Source of the DNA: an uncultured Alphaproteobacteria bacterium
Lineage (GTDB): Bacteria > Pseudomonadota > Alphaproteobacteria > RF32 > CAG-239
DNA: 64,000 nt
Assembly (NCBI GenBank): GCA_947630965.1
Contig: CANRJO010000001.1
Span: 5,988 to 69,987 of the forward strand
Direction: 5' to 3'
Shown here: positions 49,948-58,355 of the stretch, in pieces
Numbering within the stretch: the stretch's first letter is position 1
How the letters are laid out: every line of letters begins with the position of its first letter
Position numbers and translations under genes: made by a program
Notes under the pieces: generated by a model
What the model was told of the DNA's origin: nothing
Databases searched by the model: none
Seen by the model: the letters and a program-made list of their open reading frames with translations, nothing else

Positions 49948-50120
49948 ATGACGTCATGCTGAACGAAGTGTAGCATCCAGGACAACAAACTCATCCATAT
50001 TGTCATTCCGAACTTGTTTCGGAATCTCGTCAAACAGATGCTGAAACGAGTTCAGCATGACGATTCGGATATTTTTCCTCCTGGATTCTTCGGCTTTCTT
50101 GCTCATAAGATGTACGTGAG
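49948..50120. repeat. Imperfect palindromic element of about 170 nt, with a central hairpin and arms related to the 48779-48826 segment
   Basis: CGTCATGCTGAAC...ATCCAGGACAACAAA on the left arm and GAGTTCAGCATGACG...TCCTGGATTCTTCGGCTTT on the right arm. Central CATTCCGAA-CTTGTTT-CGGAATC. A third, direct copy TTTGTTGTCCTGGATTCTTCGGCTTCGCC lies at 48787-48815. Confidence 0.6.
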
Positions 50121-50216
50121 GACACTTCTTTATTTTTTGCACCCAAGCCGAGGAATGCGGAGAGCGTGTGCAGATAGAGTGATTTTAAGCCCGAAAGTAC
50201 CGCAGCGCGCGAGGAT

Positions 50217-50243
50217 AAAAACAACCCCGACGGGTTGTTTTTA
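50217..50243. terminator. Terminator-like GC hairpin flanked by an A-run and a T-run (possible bidirectional terminator)
   Basis: AAAAACAACCCCGACGGGTTGTTTTT. Confidence 0.5.
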
Positions 50244-50321
50244 CCACAAGCGGCGTAGCTTTGTTAAAGTTGTGAGGAAGTGACAACAACCGATACAACT
50301 TTTACAAAGCAAGTGACCGAA

Positions 50322-50410
50322 ACGAGTTAGTTTTGCGGTTAACGCAAAGCTTACGAGTAAGACCATAAAGGTACATGAGGAAACTTTCGGGCTTGAAATT
50401 GCTCTAGGTG
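50322..50410. repeat. Direct repeat copy Y (related to 48650-48705)
   Basis: GTTTTGCGGTTAACGCA / AAAGGTAC / GAAATTGCT blocks in the same order as copy X. Confidence 0.5.
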
Positions 50411-50426
50411 CCAGCTATACGCATTC

Positions 50427-50873
50427 CTAGTAGGCAACAAGGCGGGCGGGGTTGCCTTGCAACAACATACACCTCTGCCCTGGGCTTAAAAGTGTGCCTG
50501 TTCCTTGGGTGATGGTCATCGTTTGACCACTGTCAAGTTTCACAATATATTCATAGCCACCTTGTTTGGAAAGGGCATCTTGCGCCATACCACCGGCCGC
50601 GCCGCCTAAAACCGCGCCACCTAAACCGCCCAACAAGTGCGCCGTGCTGCCGCTACCGATAGAGTAGCCCGCAATGCCACCGCCGGCAGCGCCGATAAGT
50701 GTGCCAAGCTCGTTGCCGCTCTTAACTTGAACTTGACGAACCGATAAAACGGTGCAGGGGCTTGCCGCCGAGGCTTGTCCGACAGAGCCGGTTGTATATT
50801 GATAGCTGTCAATATCTGATTGGCATGAAGCAAGCATGGCTGCCACGCCCAAGAGTGTTAAAATCTGTTTCAT
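50427..50873 (-). CDS. Glycine-zipper outer-membrane lipoprotein (SlyB / Rickettsia 17-kDa surface-antigen family)
   Basis: Lipobox AAMLASC. GxxxG glycine-zipper stretch LIGAAGGGIAGYSIGSGSTAHLLGGLGGAVLGGAAGG. Confidence 0.7.
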   Translation of the reverse strand: MKQILTLLGVAAMLASCQSDIDSYQYTTGSVGQASAASPCTVLSVRQVQVKSGNELGTLIGAAGGGIAGYSIGSGSTAHLLGGLGGAVLGGAAGGMAQDALSKQGGYEYIVKLDSGQTMTITQGTGTLLSPGQRCMLLQGNPARLVAY

Positions 50874-51010
50874 ATTCGTCCTCCAAAATTAAGATTTCAT
50901 ACCTTATAATTTATATCCATAAATTTTCTTGTCAATACTGGACATTTCGGAATAATTGTTTTATAGTACGCAAAGTTTTAAAATTTTGATAATTTTTGAG
51001 GTCAAGAAAG

Positions 51011-52399
51011 ATGTTAAAAAGAACAAAGATTGCGGCATTATTATCTTCTGCCGCGCCAATGGAAAAAGTTTTGCTCAAAGGTTGGGTGCGCACCCGCCGC
51101 GATGCGAAAGACTTCAGCTTTATTGAAGTCAATGACGGCTCCTGCTTAAAAAATATGCAAGTGATTGCTAATCAAGACCTTGAAAATTATGAAGAAATCA
51201 AAAAGCTTTCCACCGGCTCATCTGTGGCGGTTGAAGGCGCTTTAGTGCCAAGCCAAGGTGGCAATCAGAAGTTTGAAGTGAAGGCTGAAAAAATAGAAGT
51301 TTACAGCCTTGCACCGGACGATTTCCCGCTTCAAAAGAAAAAACACACGGACGAATTTTTGCGGTCTATCGCGCATTTACGCCCGCGCACCAACAAATAT
51401 GGCGCGGCGTTTCGGATTCGCTCAGAACTTTCTTTTGCGATTCACAAGTTTTTCCACGAGCGCGGTTTCCGTTATGTCCACACGCCGATTATCACGGGCG
51501 CCGACTGCGAGGGAGCGGGCGAGATGTTTCAGGTCACAACACTTGATTTGAACAATCCACCCCGCGATAAAAACGGCAAAATTGATTATACGCGTGACTT
51601 TTTCGGGAAAGAGGCGCACTTAACCGTTTCGGGGCAATTAAATGGCGAGATGTACGCCACCGCCTTGGGCGATATTTACACCTTCGGCCCCACGTTTAGA
51701 GCCGAAAACTCAAACACACAGCGCCACGCCGCCGAGTTTTGGATGATTGAGCCTGAAATGGCATTTGCCGACATTCATGATGATATGGATTTGGCAGAAG
51801 ATATGGTGCGTTATTGCGTTTTGCATATTATGGAAAACTGTGCCGAAGATTTAGAGTTGTTTGAAAAATTTGTTGACCCGACCTTAAAGCAAACGCTTGA
51901 AAACATTGCGCACAATAGCTTTGCGCGCATAACTTACACGGAAGCGATTGAAATTATGAAAAAATCGGGCAAAAAGTTTGAATATGAACCGGTTTACGGC
52001 ATTGATATGCAAACAGAACACGAGCGCTTTTTAGCGGAAGAACATTTCAAAAAGCCGGTGATTGTGCGCGATTACCCTAAAGAGATTAAGGCGTTTTATA
52101 TGCGGCTTAATGATGACGGCAAAACCGTGGCGGCGATGGATGTTTTAGTGCCGCGGATTGGCGAGCTGATTGGTGGTTCGCAACGTGAAGAGCGTTATGA
52201 TGTTTTGGTTCAAAAAATTAAAGATTTGGGCATGAACATTGCAGATTATGACTGGTACCTCGATTCGCGTAAATACGGATCCGTACCGCACGCGGGTTTT
52301 GGCTTGGGCTTTGAGCGCATGATGATGCTTGTCACGGGCATTGCGAACATTCGCGATGTTTTGCCTTTCCCGCGGACCCCGAAATCAATCAATTTTTAG
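51011..52399 (+). CDS. asnS: Asparaginyl-tRNA synthetase
   Basis: Class II aaRS motifs. N-terminal OB fold. FRAE motif 2 and GLGFERMMM motif 3. Start at MLKRTK (ATG) rather than the upstream TTG. Confidence 0.88.
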   Translation: MLKRTKIAALLSSAAPMEKVLLKGWVRTRRDAKDFSFIEVNDGSCLKNMQVIANQDLENYEEIKKLSTGSSVAVEGALVPSQGGNQKFEVKAEKIEVYSLAPDDFPLQKKKHTDEFLRSIAHLRPRTNKYGAAFRIRSELSFAIHKFFHERGFRYVHTPIITGADCEGAGEMFQVTTLDLNNPPRDKNGKIDYTRDFFGKEAHLTVSGQLNGEMYATALGDIYTFGPTFRAENSNTQRHAAEFWMIEPEMAFADIHDDMDLAEDMVRYCVLHIMENCAEDLELFEKFVDPTLKQTLENIAHNSFARITYTEAIEIMKKSGKKFEYEPVYGIDMQTEHERFLAEEHFKKPVIVRDYPKEIKAFYMRLNDDGKTVAAMDVLVPRIGELIGGSQREERYDVLVQKIKDLGMNIADYDWYLDSRKYGSVPHAGFGLGFERMMMLVTGIANIRDVLPFPRTPKSINF

Positions 52400-52408
52400 G
52401 AGAAAAAG

Positions 52409-52933
52409 ATGTTGTTCAAATTGGCTTTGGCGACTTTTATCATTGCTTTGCCCCTCGGTGCGCACGCGGAGGAACAGCCTGCGTTTGAGGCGCTTCCGAG
52501 TGTTTCGGACACGTCTTTTGAAAACCCCGATGAAGCCTTGGGAAAGGCGGAAGAAATTACCATGCCGTTATGCGATGACGCCAAGCTTTATCAAAAAATC
52601 TTGGGTGAGGTGCGCGCTTTTTTAACAAGTGACGGCGAAATTTCCGTGATGGCCAAACGCCGCAACGCGCTGATTGGCGCCAACATTGAGGGCTTTGAAG
52701 AAATCCCTGTCGCAAATTTTTCACCCGAAACGGATAATAACACGGCAAACGCCTTGATAACACTTAAAATCAATCAAAAAGTGAGAGAGGAAGACATCAG
52801 ACTTTGCCGCCAAAAGGGCGAGGGGAATTTGTATGTCATTTTGTACCCGTATCAAGATAATGTTAAAGGGCACATCATTAACTTGAACCGTTATGACACC
52901 ACCAATGAGGGCGTGAGTTTTATTTATCCTTAG
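52409..52933 (+). CDS. Secreted hypothetical protein
   Basis: Signal peptide MLFKLALATFIIALPLGAHA. 10 nt downstream of asnS. Confidence 0.4.
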   Translation: MLFKLALATFIIALPLGAHAEEQPAFEALPSVSDTSFENPDEALGKAEEITMPLCDDAKLYQKILGEVRAFLTSDGEISVMAKRRNALIGANIEGFEEIPVANFSPETDNNTANALITLKINQKVREEDIRLCRQKGEGNLYVILYPYQDNVKGHIINLNRYDTTNEGVSFIYP

Positions 52934-52988
52934 GGGTTGATTTTTTGAAAAAATTTATCTAAATCTTACAAAGAGGATAAGTTGAAGA

Positions 52989-53888
52989 ATGAGCGAAAAT
53001 AAGAATTTAGTTGTCATAAAGCCGCAGAGCAATTTACCTGCCGTCATAGATGAGGGCGGGCTATATTCTTATTTGGAGCAAATTAAGAAGTTTCCGGTTT
53101 TAACACAGGAAGAAGAAGATTCTTTAATAACGGATTTCAAACATAATGGCAATTTGCAGGCGGCGCAAAAGCTCATTACATCGCATTTACGTTTGGCAGC
53201 AAAAATTGCTTTAACATACAAGCGTTACGGTTTGCCGATGTCGGATATCATTTCGGAAGCAAACATCGGGTTGATGCAGGCGGTAAAAAAGTTTGATGAA
53301 AACAAAAAAGTCCGCTTGGCAACATATGCCATGTGGTGGATTAAGGCGGCGATTCATGATTATATTTTACGCTCTTGGTCTTTGGTCAAAATTGGCACGG
53401 TTGCGGCGCAGAAGAAGCTTTTTTATAATTTAGGGCGCATTAAGGCGCGCTTGGGGCTTTATGAAAACAAAGAGTTGGAGCCAAAAGTGGTCAAGCAGAT
53501 TGCGGGCGAGTTGGTGGTTGATGAAAAGGACGTTGTGGAGATGAACCGCCGTCTGGCAGGCGATTCGTCGTTGAATACCGCTGTTTACACCGGCGATGAT
53601 GAAAGCAAAGAAAAAATAGATATGCTAGCTGATAGCCGCCAAAACATAGAAGCGCGCTTGGCAAACAAGCAAGAAGCGGAATATAAGCGGCAAATTTTGC
53701 TTTCATGCTTAAAAACCTTGAATGAGCGCGAACAATATGTGCTTAAAAACCGCATGATGACCGAAAACCCGCAAACGCTTGATGAAATTGGCGAAAAATT
53801 TCAAATCAGCCGTGAGCGCGTGCGCCAGATTGAAAAACGTGCTTTTGAAAAACTTTCCGAACAGGTCAAAGCAAAAATAGCGGCTTAA
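52989..53888 (+). CDS. rpoH: RNA polymerase sigma-32 (heat-shock sigma factor)
   Basis: Sigma-70 regions 2-4 with an RpoH box-like QKKLFYNLGRIK. 299 aa. Confidence 0.88.
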   Translation: MSENKNLVVIKPQSNLPAVIDEGGLYSYLEQIKKFPVLTQEEEDSLITDFKHNGNLQAAQKLITSHLRLAAKIALTYKRYGLPMSDIISEANIGLMQAVKKFDENKKVRLATYAMWWIKAAIHDYILRSWSLVKIGTVAAQKKLFYNLGRIKARLGLYENKELEPKVVKQIAGELVVDEKDVVEMNRRLAGDSSLNTAVYTGDDESKEKIDMLADSRQNIEARLANKQEAEYKRQILLSCLKTLNEREQYVLKNRMMTENPQTLDEIGEKFQISRERVRQIEKRAFEKLSEQVKAKIAA

Positions 53889-53893
53889 GGGAA

Positions 53894-54697
53894 ATGGATT
53901 TCGATTCTTTAATTCAAAAATTAAGTACGGCGGGCATCGAGTCGCCCCGCTTGGAAGCTAGGCTTTTGAAAGAAAATGCCTCTGACGAAAAAAAACTTGA
54001 ACAAATGCTTCAGGCGCGCTTAAAACATCAGCCGTTAGATAAAATTTTAGGTCGGAAAGAGTTTTATAAATACACTTTTAAAGTAAATGCCGATGTCTTA
54101 TCGCCCCGTCCTGATACGGAAACATTGGTGGAAGCCGCCGCAAAGCTTATTGAGCAAAATAAAATTAAAAACATTTTGGAGTTAGGTGTTGGCTCAGGGT
54201 GCATCTTGCTTTCATTGTTGGCAGATTTTCCCAATTTAAAAGGCAAGGGCATTGATAGAAGCGCTTCGGCACTAAAAATTGCGGCGGAAAATGCAAAATG
54301 TTTGGGCGTTGAAAGCCGTTGCTCTTTGCAAGAGGCGGATTGGTTTGACGAAGCGTTTATAAATCAAATCGGGGGTGGTTTTGAGATGGTTGTTTCTAAC
54401 CCGCCTTACATCCCGCACCACGAAATTGAAACTTTGGAAACAGAAGTTAAAAAATATGATCCTTGGCTTGCTTTAGACGGCGGTCTTGACGGTCTTGAAA
54501 GTTATCGACGCATTGCAGATTTAGCCCCGAAGCTTGTCAAAGATGGTGGCTTTTTGCTTTTAGAAGCAGGAGTTCATCAGGCGGCGGATATCATCAAGAT
54601 CATATGTTCAAAGGGGCTGCAACATTTCAAAACCGAGAAAGATTTAAGTGGCATTGAAAGGTGTATAATTTTTCAAAAAAGGGGTTGCAATTTATAA
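53894..54697 (+). CDS. prmC: Release-factor glutamine N5-methyltransferase PrmC/HemK
   Basis: SAM motif LELGVGSGCI and the catalytic NPPY motif (VVSNPPYIP). Confidence 0.8.
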   Translation: MDFDSLIQKLSTAGIESPRLEARLLKENASDEKKLEQMLQARLKHQPLDKILGRKEFYKYTFKVNADVLSPRPDTETLVEAAAKLIEQNKIKNILELGVGSGCILLSLLADFPNLKGKGIDRSASALKIAAENAKCLGVESRCSLQEADWFDEAFINQIGGGFEMVVSNPPYIPHHEIETLETEVKKYDPWLALDGGLDGLESYRRIADLAPKLVKDGGFLLLEAGVHQAADIIKIICSKGLQHFKTEKDLSGIERCIIFQKRGCNL

Positions 54698-54815
54698 AGA
54701 AGGGTATATTATCCCTAATTGTTGCACAGAATGTTTTTTGTTTGATGCACTTTTTTCCGTTTAATTGTTTTTAGTTTTAACTCGAGCATTTTGCTTAAAT
54801 AATGGTTGTATAAAT

Positions 54816-55313
54816 ATGAAAAAAAATAACAAGTTTCGTGGTGGCGGAAGCAATACTTTTTCGCTCAATTATAAATTTGACAGTGTCAGTCCCGCCGGTA
54901 AATATAACGGCACCGCGCTTGATCTGATCAAGCGTTACAATGATTTAGCCAAAGAAGCCCACAGCATGGGCGATTTTGTGGAAATGGAAGTATTCCGTCA
55001 ATATGCGGAGCATTACCGCAAGGTTGTCACCGAGATTAACGAACGGCGCGGCTTTAAGCCGGAAAATCAGGCACAAAACGAAAAAGCTGAAGCACCGGTT
55101 GAACAAAAAGCGCCGGAAACATCTGCGGCGCAAAGTGTTTCGGAGCCTGTTTCAGTGCCTGCTTCAGAGCCTGTTCCGGAAGCACCGAAACCGCAGAAAA
55201 AATCGTTTAAGGTCATAGAGCTTTCATCTGCTGCGGCAGCGGAAGCCCCAACGCCCGAAAAGCCCAAACGCGCACCGCGCCGTAAGGCTCAAGCTGAAGA
55301 AACGGCTGTCTAA
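54816..55313 (+). CDS. DUF4167-like protein (basic N-terminus, Ala/Pro/Glu-rich tail)
   Basis: MKKNNKFRGGGSN...YNDLAKEAHSMGDFVEMEVFRQYAEHYRKV resembles the alphaproteobacterial DUF4167 core. Start moved to this Met. Confidence 0.5.
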   Translation: MKKNNKFRGGGSNTFSLNYKFDSVSPAGKYNGTALDLIKRYNDLAKEAHSMGDFVEMEVFRQYAEHYRKVVTEINERRGFKPENQAQNEKAEAPVEQKAPETSAAQSVSEPVSVPASEPVPEAPKPQKKSFKVIELSSAAAAEAPTPEKPKRAPRRKAQAEETAV

Positions 55314-55327
55314 AAACGAGGTGCATC

Positions 55328-56452
55328 ATGGCTTTTATGCTTGCCTTTTTGATTGTAACGGTTTCCTGTATTGCCATTACATATAAAATTATGGCAGGTT
55401 ACAGCGGTTTCCCCGTGGCAATGCGTTTAATTGTTTTGTTGCTCTTAACAGTGGCGTGGTTTGGGCCGTTTATTTTGCGCTTTATTAAAAATCAGGGCTT
55501 CATAGCGTCTTCCATATATCCGCTTTTATCCAAAGTGAGCTATTTTTTCATGGGCTTTGCTTTTATTGTGATGATGCTTTTGGTGCTGCGTGAAGTGGTC
55601 TGGTACATTGTTTATTTCATTGCACGCAAGCCAAGCCTCAGTCCGGATAATGTGGCACTTTTAAATAAGTTAAATATCGGGGTGTTGGTTTTAGGATTTG
55701 TTATTTCTCTTTATAGTGTATGGGAAGCCAACAAAACGCCCGCCGTTCGCACCTTAAAAATTGAAGATCCGCGGATTACGGAAAACACAAAGCTTGTGGT
55801 TGCCTCTGATTTTCATATTGATCAGGCAACCCCGATGTTCCAAATTCGGCAGATTATAGATTTAATCAATGCGCAAAACCCTGATTATGTTTTGCTTGTG
55901 GGTGATATTGTTGACGGTACACCGGAGGAATTGGGCAGTAAAATTGATGAGCTCAAAAACTTAAAAGCCAAAAGAGTATATGTGAGTTTGGGTAATCACG
56001 AATTTTATCATGGGCACGCGAAGTGGATGATCAAATTTACCAAAATGGGCTTTGAAGTGTTGCATAATACGGGCACGGCCATAGGTGAAACGGGCATTTT
56101 CTTAGGTGGTGTGCCTGACGCAAATTCAGCAAAGGTTAATTTGAATTTTGCGGCGTATGGTTCCAAGCCCGATCAATACAAAATTTTGCTCTCGCACGCA
56201 CCAACAGTTGCCGAAAGCTTGGCAGCAGGCGAGTTTGACTTGCAGCTTTCAGGTCATACGCACGGCGGGCAGATTTTCCCGTTTCATTATTTTGCCAAAC
56301 AGTCTAATAACAACCATTTAGCCGGCAAATATACAGTTAACGGCAACACGTTGTTCATCACGCGTGGTGCCGGTTATTGGGGGCCACCGATGCGCCTTTT
56401 TGCCCCGTCTGACATCACGGTTGTAGAGTTAAGCGGAAAAAATAATGACTAA
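55328..56452 (+). CDS. Membrane-anchored calcineurin-like metallophosphoesterase
   Basis: 4 N-terminal TM helices followed by the MPE motifs DFHID, GDIVDG, GNHE and GHTHGG. Confidence 0.7.
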   Translation: MAFMLAFLIVTVSCIAITYKIMAGYSGFPVAMRLIVLLLLTVAWFGPFILRFIKNQGFIASSIYPLLSKVSYFFMGFAFIVMMLLVLREVVWYIVYFIARKPSLSPDNVALLNKLNIGVLVLGFVISLYSVWEANKTPAVRTLKIEDPRITENTKLVVASDFHIDQATPMFQIRQIIDLINAQNPDYVLLVGDIVDGTPEELGSKIDELKNLKAKRVYVSLGNHEFYHGHAKWMIKFTKMGFEVLHNTGTAIGETGIFLGGVPDANSAKVNLNFAAYGSKPDQYKILLSHAPTVAESLAAGEFDLQLSGHTHGGQIFPFHYFAKQSNNNHLAGKYTVNGNTLFITRGAGYWGPPMRLFAPSDITVVELSGKNND

Positions 56453-56906
56453 AAGACAAGTCCAGGTTTTAGACTGTGATGTTTTTATACCCGGCTTCCA
56501 TGCGGAAATAAAAGCAAAAATGCAAAAGTTTGAGCAGATGATTAACTCGGCAGATGAAAATTTAGCTGAAGAGTTGATTGCACCGGAAGCATCTTTTTCA
56601 ACACCCGCCGCGAAGGAGCTTTTGTATGGCGCAAAAGGTTATTTATCGGTTGTGCATTGGATGCGCAGTGGTTTTAGTGATGTCCAATGGCATGCTCAAG
56701 AGATGATTGCCGAGGGCAACAAAGTGGCGGTGCGTTGGGTTTTAACCGGCACGCACGATGGTGTCTTTTTGGGCAAAAAGCCGACTGGTGTGAAAATAAA
56801 AACCACAGTCATGAATTTTTACACGTTTAATCAAGAGGGCAAAATCACACAAGATATTGCCGCTGAAGGCATGATTGGGATTTTAAAACCCCTAGGCCTG
56901 TGCTGA
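56445..56906 (+). CDS. SnoaL-like / ester cyclase (NTF2-fold) protein
   Basis: 153 aa. Ester-cyclase family pattern (WHAQEMIAEGNKVAVRW...GTHDGVFLG). Start overlaps the upstream stop. Confidence 0.55.
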   Translation: MTKRQVQVLDCDVFIPGFHAEIKAKMQKFEQMINSADENLAEELIAPEASFSTPAAKELLYGAKGYLSVVHWMRSGFSDVQWHAQEMIAEGNKVAVRWVLTGTHDGVFLGKKPTGVKIKTTVMNFYTFNQEGKITQDIAAEGMIGILKPLGLC

Positions 56907-56912
56907 AAAACG

Positions 56913-57287
56913 TTAATAACAAGCGTTGCCGTCATATTTCCAATTCACGACATAGCCGTTTTGAAGTGAAAAAGTAACGTCGCAAAACCTGTTCACAAGA
57001 TAACCGCCGCGGGTTGTTGTGGTGGCCTGCATATAGGGTGAAAAGCCGTCAAACGAGGTTATCTGCGTTTGAGGGGTAACATACAGCTTTTGATCTGTAT
57101 AGAGCAAAAGCTTAACATTATTGACCTGATACGTTTTTTGCGGAATGCCCAAAGTCTGCACAAGTTCTGCCTCTGACATACCGAGCATGGTGTTATATTT
57201 TGTTTCAAAACGTGTTTTCGGAAGCATAAAATGCCCACAGGCGCTTAAAACGATGAGCCCGAAAGGTAAAAAGAAAATTTTTTTCAT
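56913..57287 (-). CDS. Small hypothetical lipoprotein
   Basis: Lipobox LIVLSAC. Confidence 0.4.
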   Translation of the reverse strand: MKKIFFLPFGLIVLSACGHFMLPKTRFETKYNTMLGMSEAELVQTLGIPQKTYQVNNVKLLLYTDQKLYVTPQTQITSFDGFSPYMQATTTTRGGYLVNRFCDVTFSLQNGYVVNWKYDGNACY

Positions 57288-57460
57288 GTTTTCTCCTCAA
57301 AATCTGAATTAAATTTAAGGCAATAGCGTTAAAATTCAATTAAAAGCCGAGATTTTGGCAAAAAAATTTATTTTTGTCATTTTTTACTTGCATGAGGGAT
57401 AAAAATGTGATATAAAGAAAATATTCAAGTATTATTTTAACTATTAAAAAATTTATAATT

Positions 57461-57823
57461 ATGAGTAAAAAAACAGTCGTATCGTTGGAAAACATCAATA
57501 TGATGATTCTTTCTGAAAAAGTAAACAACGCAATTGAAGCCAATGCTCTTTCGGCACAAGAAACCCAAGCTCGTTTGGTGCAGATGTGCCTCCGGCATGA
57601 CATACATCACTTCCCCAAAAACATTCCGTTTGTTGCGGTTGTGCGTCATTGTGCAGATGGTAAGAGTGTTGTTTATAATGTCAAACGTTCAAAGATAGCC
57701 GTCATTGATCAAGACAGTATCTCTTCGGAGACAAACATCGGCAAGCGGTTCAAAATCGGAGGCGTGGACTACATCTTGAAAGATACAATCAACGGTTTTC
57801 CGCGTTATGCACCAAGATTTTAA
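57461..57823 (+). CDS. Hypothetical protein
   Basis: 120 aa with no motif. Followed by a strong terminator. Confidence 0.35.
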   Translation: MSKKTVVSLENINMMILSEKVNNAIEANALSAQETQARLVQMCLRHDIHHFPKNIPFVAVVRHCADGKSVVYNVKRSKIAVIDQDSISSETNIGKRFKIGGVDYILKDTINGFPRYAPRF

Positions 57824-57855
57824 CACAACGTATATGATGATTGGTTGAGTTGATA

Positions 57856-57883
57856 AAAACCTCGCTTGAAGCGAGGTTTTTTG
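57856..57883. terminator. Bidirectional Rho-independent terminator
   Basis: AAAACCTCGC-TTGAA-GCGAGGTTTTTT. Lies between convergent genes. Confidence 0.8.
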
Positions 57884-57887
57884 CGTT

Positions 57888-58355
57888 TTAAACCACAATG
57901 TGCTTCAAAATATGCTCAAGCACCTCTGGAGCAGATTGTTTAAAATCTATGGATATGCCTGTGCTTTGACAACTTTGGGAGCGGTTATTATAAAGGCAAA
58001 AAGGCGTTTCAAATGTTTCGCCATAAAGAGGCGAATCATCAATATGGAAAGCAATGCCTTCTTTAAGACAAAATTGAGCTTTTGCCTTATTCCAAAGATC
58101 GTCATCAACCTTAAAAGAGCCGTCTGCCAAAAAAGAAACCTTATGTTGCGCATCATAAAAGTCCAGGATGGAAAAAATTTCAGAATAGGGAATTTTTTGC
58201 GCCAAAAGATATTTTTGAATTTCCGCTTTGCGCCCGCCGCTCAAAATATAAATGCGAATACCTTTTTGCAAAGCAAGGGTATTAAATTCTCTAAAAAAAG
58301 CGGGATTATCGGTAATCACTCCATGGTAATCTATGCCGATTTTAAGGTTCATCAT
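57888..58355 (-). CDS. HAD-superfamily (5'-nucleotidase-like) small hydrolase, tentative
   Basis: An N-terminal IDYHGVI stretch where HAD motif I (DxDGT) is expected. About 155 aa. Weak assignment. Confidence 0.4.
   Translation of the reverse strand: MMNLKIGIDYHGVITDNPAFFREFNTLALQKGIRIYILSGGRKAEIQKYLLAQKIPYSEIFSILDFYDAQHKVSFLADGSFKVDDDLWNKAKAQFCLKEGIAFHIDDSPLYGETFETPFCLYNNRSQSCQSTGISIDFKQSAPEVLEHILKHIVV

Noticed and set aside
48650-50426. Possibility that repeat copies X/Y or the palindromic element are a tRNA, tmRNA or other known RNA gene
   Set aside because: There is no canonical T-arm (GGTTCGAATCC) and no cloverleaf. No tmRNA tag reading frame (ANDN...) was found on either strand. The segments are kept as unclassified repeats.
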